Shown: positions 62,137-64,000 of the stretch, one piece after another
Position numbering within the stretch: position 1 is the first letter of the stretch
How the letters are laid out: the number at the start of each line of letters is the position of its first letter
Sequence record: MH791414.1
Length of the DNA: 64,000 nucleotides
Direction: 5' to 3' (one strand)
Notes under the pieces: model-generated
Databases searched by the model: none
What the model was told of the DNA's origin: nothing
Seen by the model: the letters and a program-made list of their open reading frames with translations, nothing else
Made by a program: the position numbers and the translations under genes

Positions 62137-62391
62137 TCAAGAAACTATCTTCCTACATTCTTTTATGAATGATTCTAGAGAATTTTCTTCTTGACCCTTT
62201 TTCAATTCTTGGGGTTTTACTGGTACACATGGAGGGTGTAAAATTGACATACAACTGGGGTCTAGGTGTTCCCTTACGTCAATTTTGGTTGAAAAAATAG
62301 TACCATCTCCCCCGTCATCTTCAATATAATATTCAACCTGCATTGTCTTTGCATCGTAATGTTTTTTAATGACTTTCATACAATTTGCCAA
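62137..62391 (-). CDS. hypothetical protein
   Basis: 84 aa. Confidence 0.6.
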   Translation of the reverse strand: MANCMKVIKKHYDAKTMQVEYYIEDDGGDGTIFSTKIDVREHLDPSCMSILHPPCVPVKPQELKKGQEENSLESFIKECRKIVS

Positions 62392-62845
62392 CTTTCATGA
62401 GATCTCGACACTTTCTAACGAAATTTTCATATTGGATGTTATGGAGGTTTGATATTTTATTATAAAGTTCTGGGATCCGAGATGACGCATGGTTGTAAAT
62501 CTTAACCCCAAAAACTGCCCCCTTGTAAGAAAAATGCATAACACACAAATTGTCGCCTGATGGTTCTGACATTTTTCTGATATCATTTTTTCTATTCAAA
62601 CGGGCTGTGTTGTACTCGTATCGATAACACTCAAGATATTTTATATCTGACGATGAGTCAACAAATTTCAAAAAATTTTTATCTGCGTTCTGGTTCTCTA
62701 AAAACAGTAATGGTGGTAGAGACCTATTATCTTCTGCGTTCCACCAACTATGATCTGATACATCCTTCCCTAAACCGTAATGTTCCAGTTCTTCAGCTAG
62801 ACCGGAATACCCGCTTCGGATTCTGATACAATCGATGTTTTTCAT
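62366..62845 (-). CDS. hypothetical protein, tandem paralog A
   Basis: MKNID..EEL..GLG..PP.L..FI.KCR. Confidence 0.75.
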   Translation of the reverse strand: MKNIDCIRIRSGYSGLAEELEHYGLGKDVSDHSWWNAEDNRSLPPLLFLENQNADKNFLKFVDSSSDIKYLECYRYEYNTARLNRKNDIRKMSEPSGDNLCVMHFSYKGAVFGVKIYNHASSRIPELYNKISNLHNIQYENFVRKCRDLMKVGKLYESH

Positions 62846-63312
62846 TTCACCATACCCCGACATTTTTTAATAAACCGATCCACTACGTTTTTCTTATTTG
62901 TTTCAATCTGTTTGCAAATTTCGACTGGATCAATAGCATAAGTATCAAATCTAACTGCAAATTTCTCTTTTTTGTATTGATAAACGTGTACCGCGTTACT
63001 GCTCGATGATGGTTTCTTCATCCGTTCAATGTCATTAAGGGAATCGTTCATATTGAAACTACCCCATCGAAATTTTAGACATTCAACAAATTCGATTTCG
63101 TTTTCTTCTGCAAATTCAATAAATTTATCACGGTCATTATAAAAAGAGACATACAGGACTGGCGGAATTGTGTGGTGTGCGATATATCCCGACTTATTTC
63201 TTTCCCATATATTAGAAGGACTTGCATGATTTCCAAGGCCAAATCTGCGAAAACATGAGATTAGTTCTTCTGACAATTTCCCGGTTTCTTCAAGATAATC
63301 AATATTTTTCAT
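62842..63312 (-). CDS. hypothetical protein, tandem paralog B
   Basis: MKNID..EEL..GLG..PP.L..FIKKCR. Confidence 0.75.
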   Translation of the reverse strand: MKNIDYLEETGKLSEELISCFRRFGLGNHASPSNIWERNKSGYIAHHTIPPVLYVSFYNDRDKFIEFAEENEIEFVECLKFRWGSFNMNDSLNDIERMKKPSSSSNAVHVYQYKKEKFAVRFDTYAIDPVEICKQIETNKKNVVDRFIKKCRGMVK

Positions 63313-63324
63313 GGATGGTCTCCT

Positions 63325-63356
63325 AAAAGTAAAGGGGGTTACCTAAGTAACCCCCT
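63325..63356 (-). terminator. terminator AGGGGGTTAC-CTAA-GTAACCCCCT
   Basis: 10-bp stem, T-rich tail on - strand. Confidence 0.8.
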
Positions 63357-63369
63357 CATTTTATCTCTC

Positions 63370-63960
63370 TTATTTCAGGGAGTCAATGTAATTTTGGACT
63401 TCTGCGCTAGTCACTTCAGTTTGCTTGTCACCTTGGAAGGTTTCAATGCGCATCAGAGTTTCGTCGATGTCGATCTTGGTCAGCGCAGACAGTTCAACTA
63501 CATCATCAGCACAAGTGATACCAAGGGCATTCGCGGCTTTAGTTTCACGGATGTATTCCAGTTTAACCGCAAGGTCCATTCGCTGATTGTCCATTTCAAC
63601 AACTGCACCAGCGATTTCAGTCCGCATACCAACAAGGTCATCTGCTTTCTTAATGAGTGCTTCAGCAGTACGACGGAAAAGAATAGCCAGTTTTGCGTGG
63701 GTAGTAACCGGGAGACCTTGTTGGGACAGATAACGAATTTCCTTATCCTTGGCTTCTGCTTGTTTCTGCTTCTCAGATGCCAGTTCCCGCATACGCCGTT
63801 CTTCTCGTTCGGATTTAACAAAGACAGTACGAAGGCGTGTGATTTCATTAATCAGTCGGTCAGCTGCACTTGCGTACTGGTCTTCTACGCTGGTGTTCTT
63901 GGTTACAAAGCTGTTGATCTTGGTGGTGATGAATTTCCACAGGGATTTCAGTGCTTTCAT
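63370..63960 (-). CDS. PspA/IM30-like coiled-coil protein (T4 e.6-like)
   Basis: SVEDQY...LINEITRLR; all-helical 196 aa. Confidence 0.6.
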   Translation of the reverse strand: MKALKSLWKFITTKINSFVTKNTSVEDQYASAADRLINEITRLRTVFVKSEREERRMRELASEKQKQAEAKDKEIRYLSQQGLPVTTHAKLAILFRRTAEALIKKADDLVGMRTEIAGAVVEMDNQRMDLAVKLEYIRETKAANALGITCADDVVELSALTKIDIDETLMRIETFQGDKQTEVTSAEVQNYIDSLK

Positions 63961-64000
63961 TTTTAATTTCCTTTAGTTTTTAGATTTAAGTAAATTATAG

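Noticed and set aside
1-64000. CRISPR array, rRNA, homing endonuclease or intron in gene 52
   Set aside because: No regularly spaced repeats, no rRNA-like sequence, no HNH or GIY-YIG motif recognised; gene 52 is uninterrupted

Overview
A 64 kb segment of a large T4-like (Straboviridae) myovirus genome, probably an Aeromonas-type phage. The assignment rests on asiA, ndd, topoisomerase gene 52, hoc, tk and a gp36-type tail fibre, plus CCTAAATA late promoters; the host is inferred. The window has two convergent blocks meeting at a bidirectional terminator near 21010-21040. The + strand block (1-21007) holds 16 canonical tRNAs interleaved with two aberrant tRNA mimics, two small RNAs with tRNA-like ends and two long structured non-coding stretches (about 650 nt at 3908-4558 and about 270 nt at 5494-5770). 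It continues with a late module (P-loop NTPase, ferritin-like protein, kinase with a capsid-targeting-like N-terminus, Hoc, ParB-like protein), tk, an Arr-like ADP-ribosyltransferase, a macrodomain protein, spanins, a 1533-aa tail fibre and a lysozyme. The - strand block (21039-64000) holds asiA, 52, ndd and about 100 small early accessory genes. These include YqeY, GNAT, an adenine MTase, DUF3307, a PagP-like beta-barrel, three paralogous lipoproteins, a MazG fusion and several paralog families. The strongest leads are the large ROOL/GOLLD-class candidate RNA in the tRNA array, a composite intergenic repeat with a flipped GC box (about 24.6 kb and 62 kb), and the PagP-like outer-membrane enzyme. 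All family calls come from motif recognition by eye and from memory; no searches were run.
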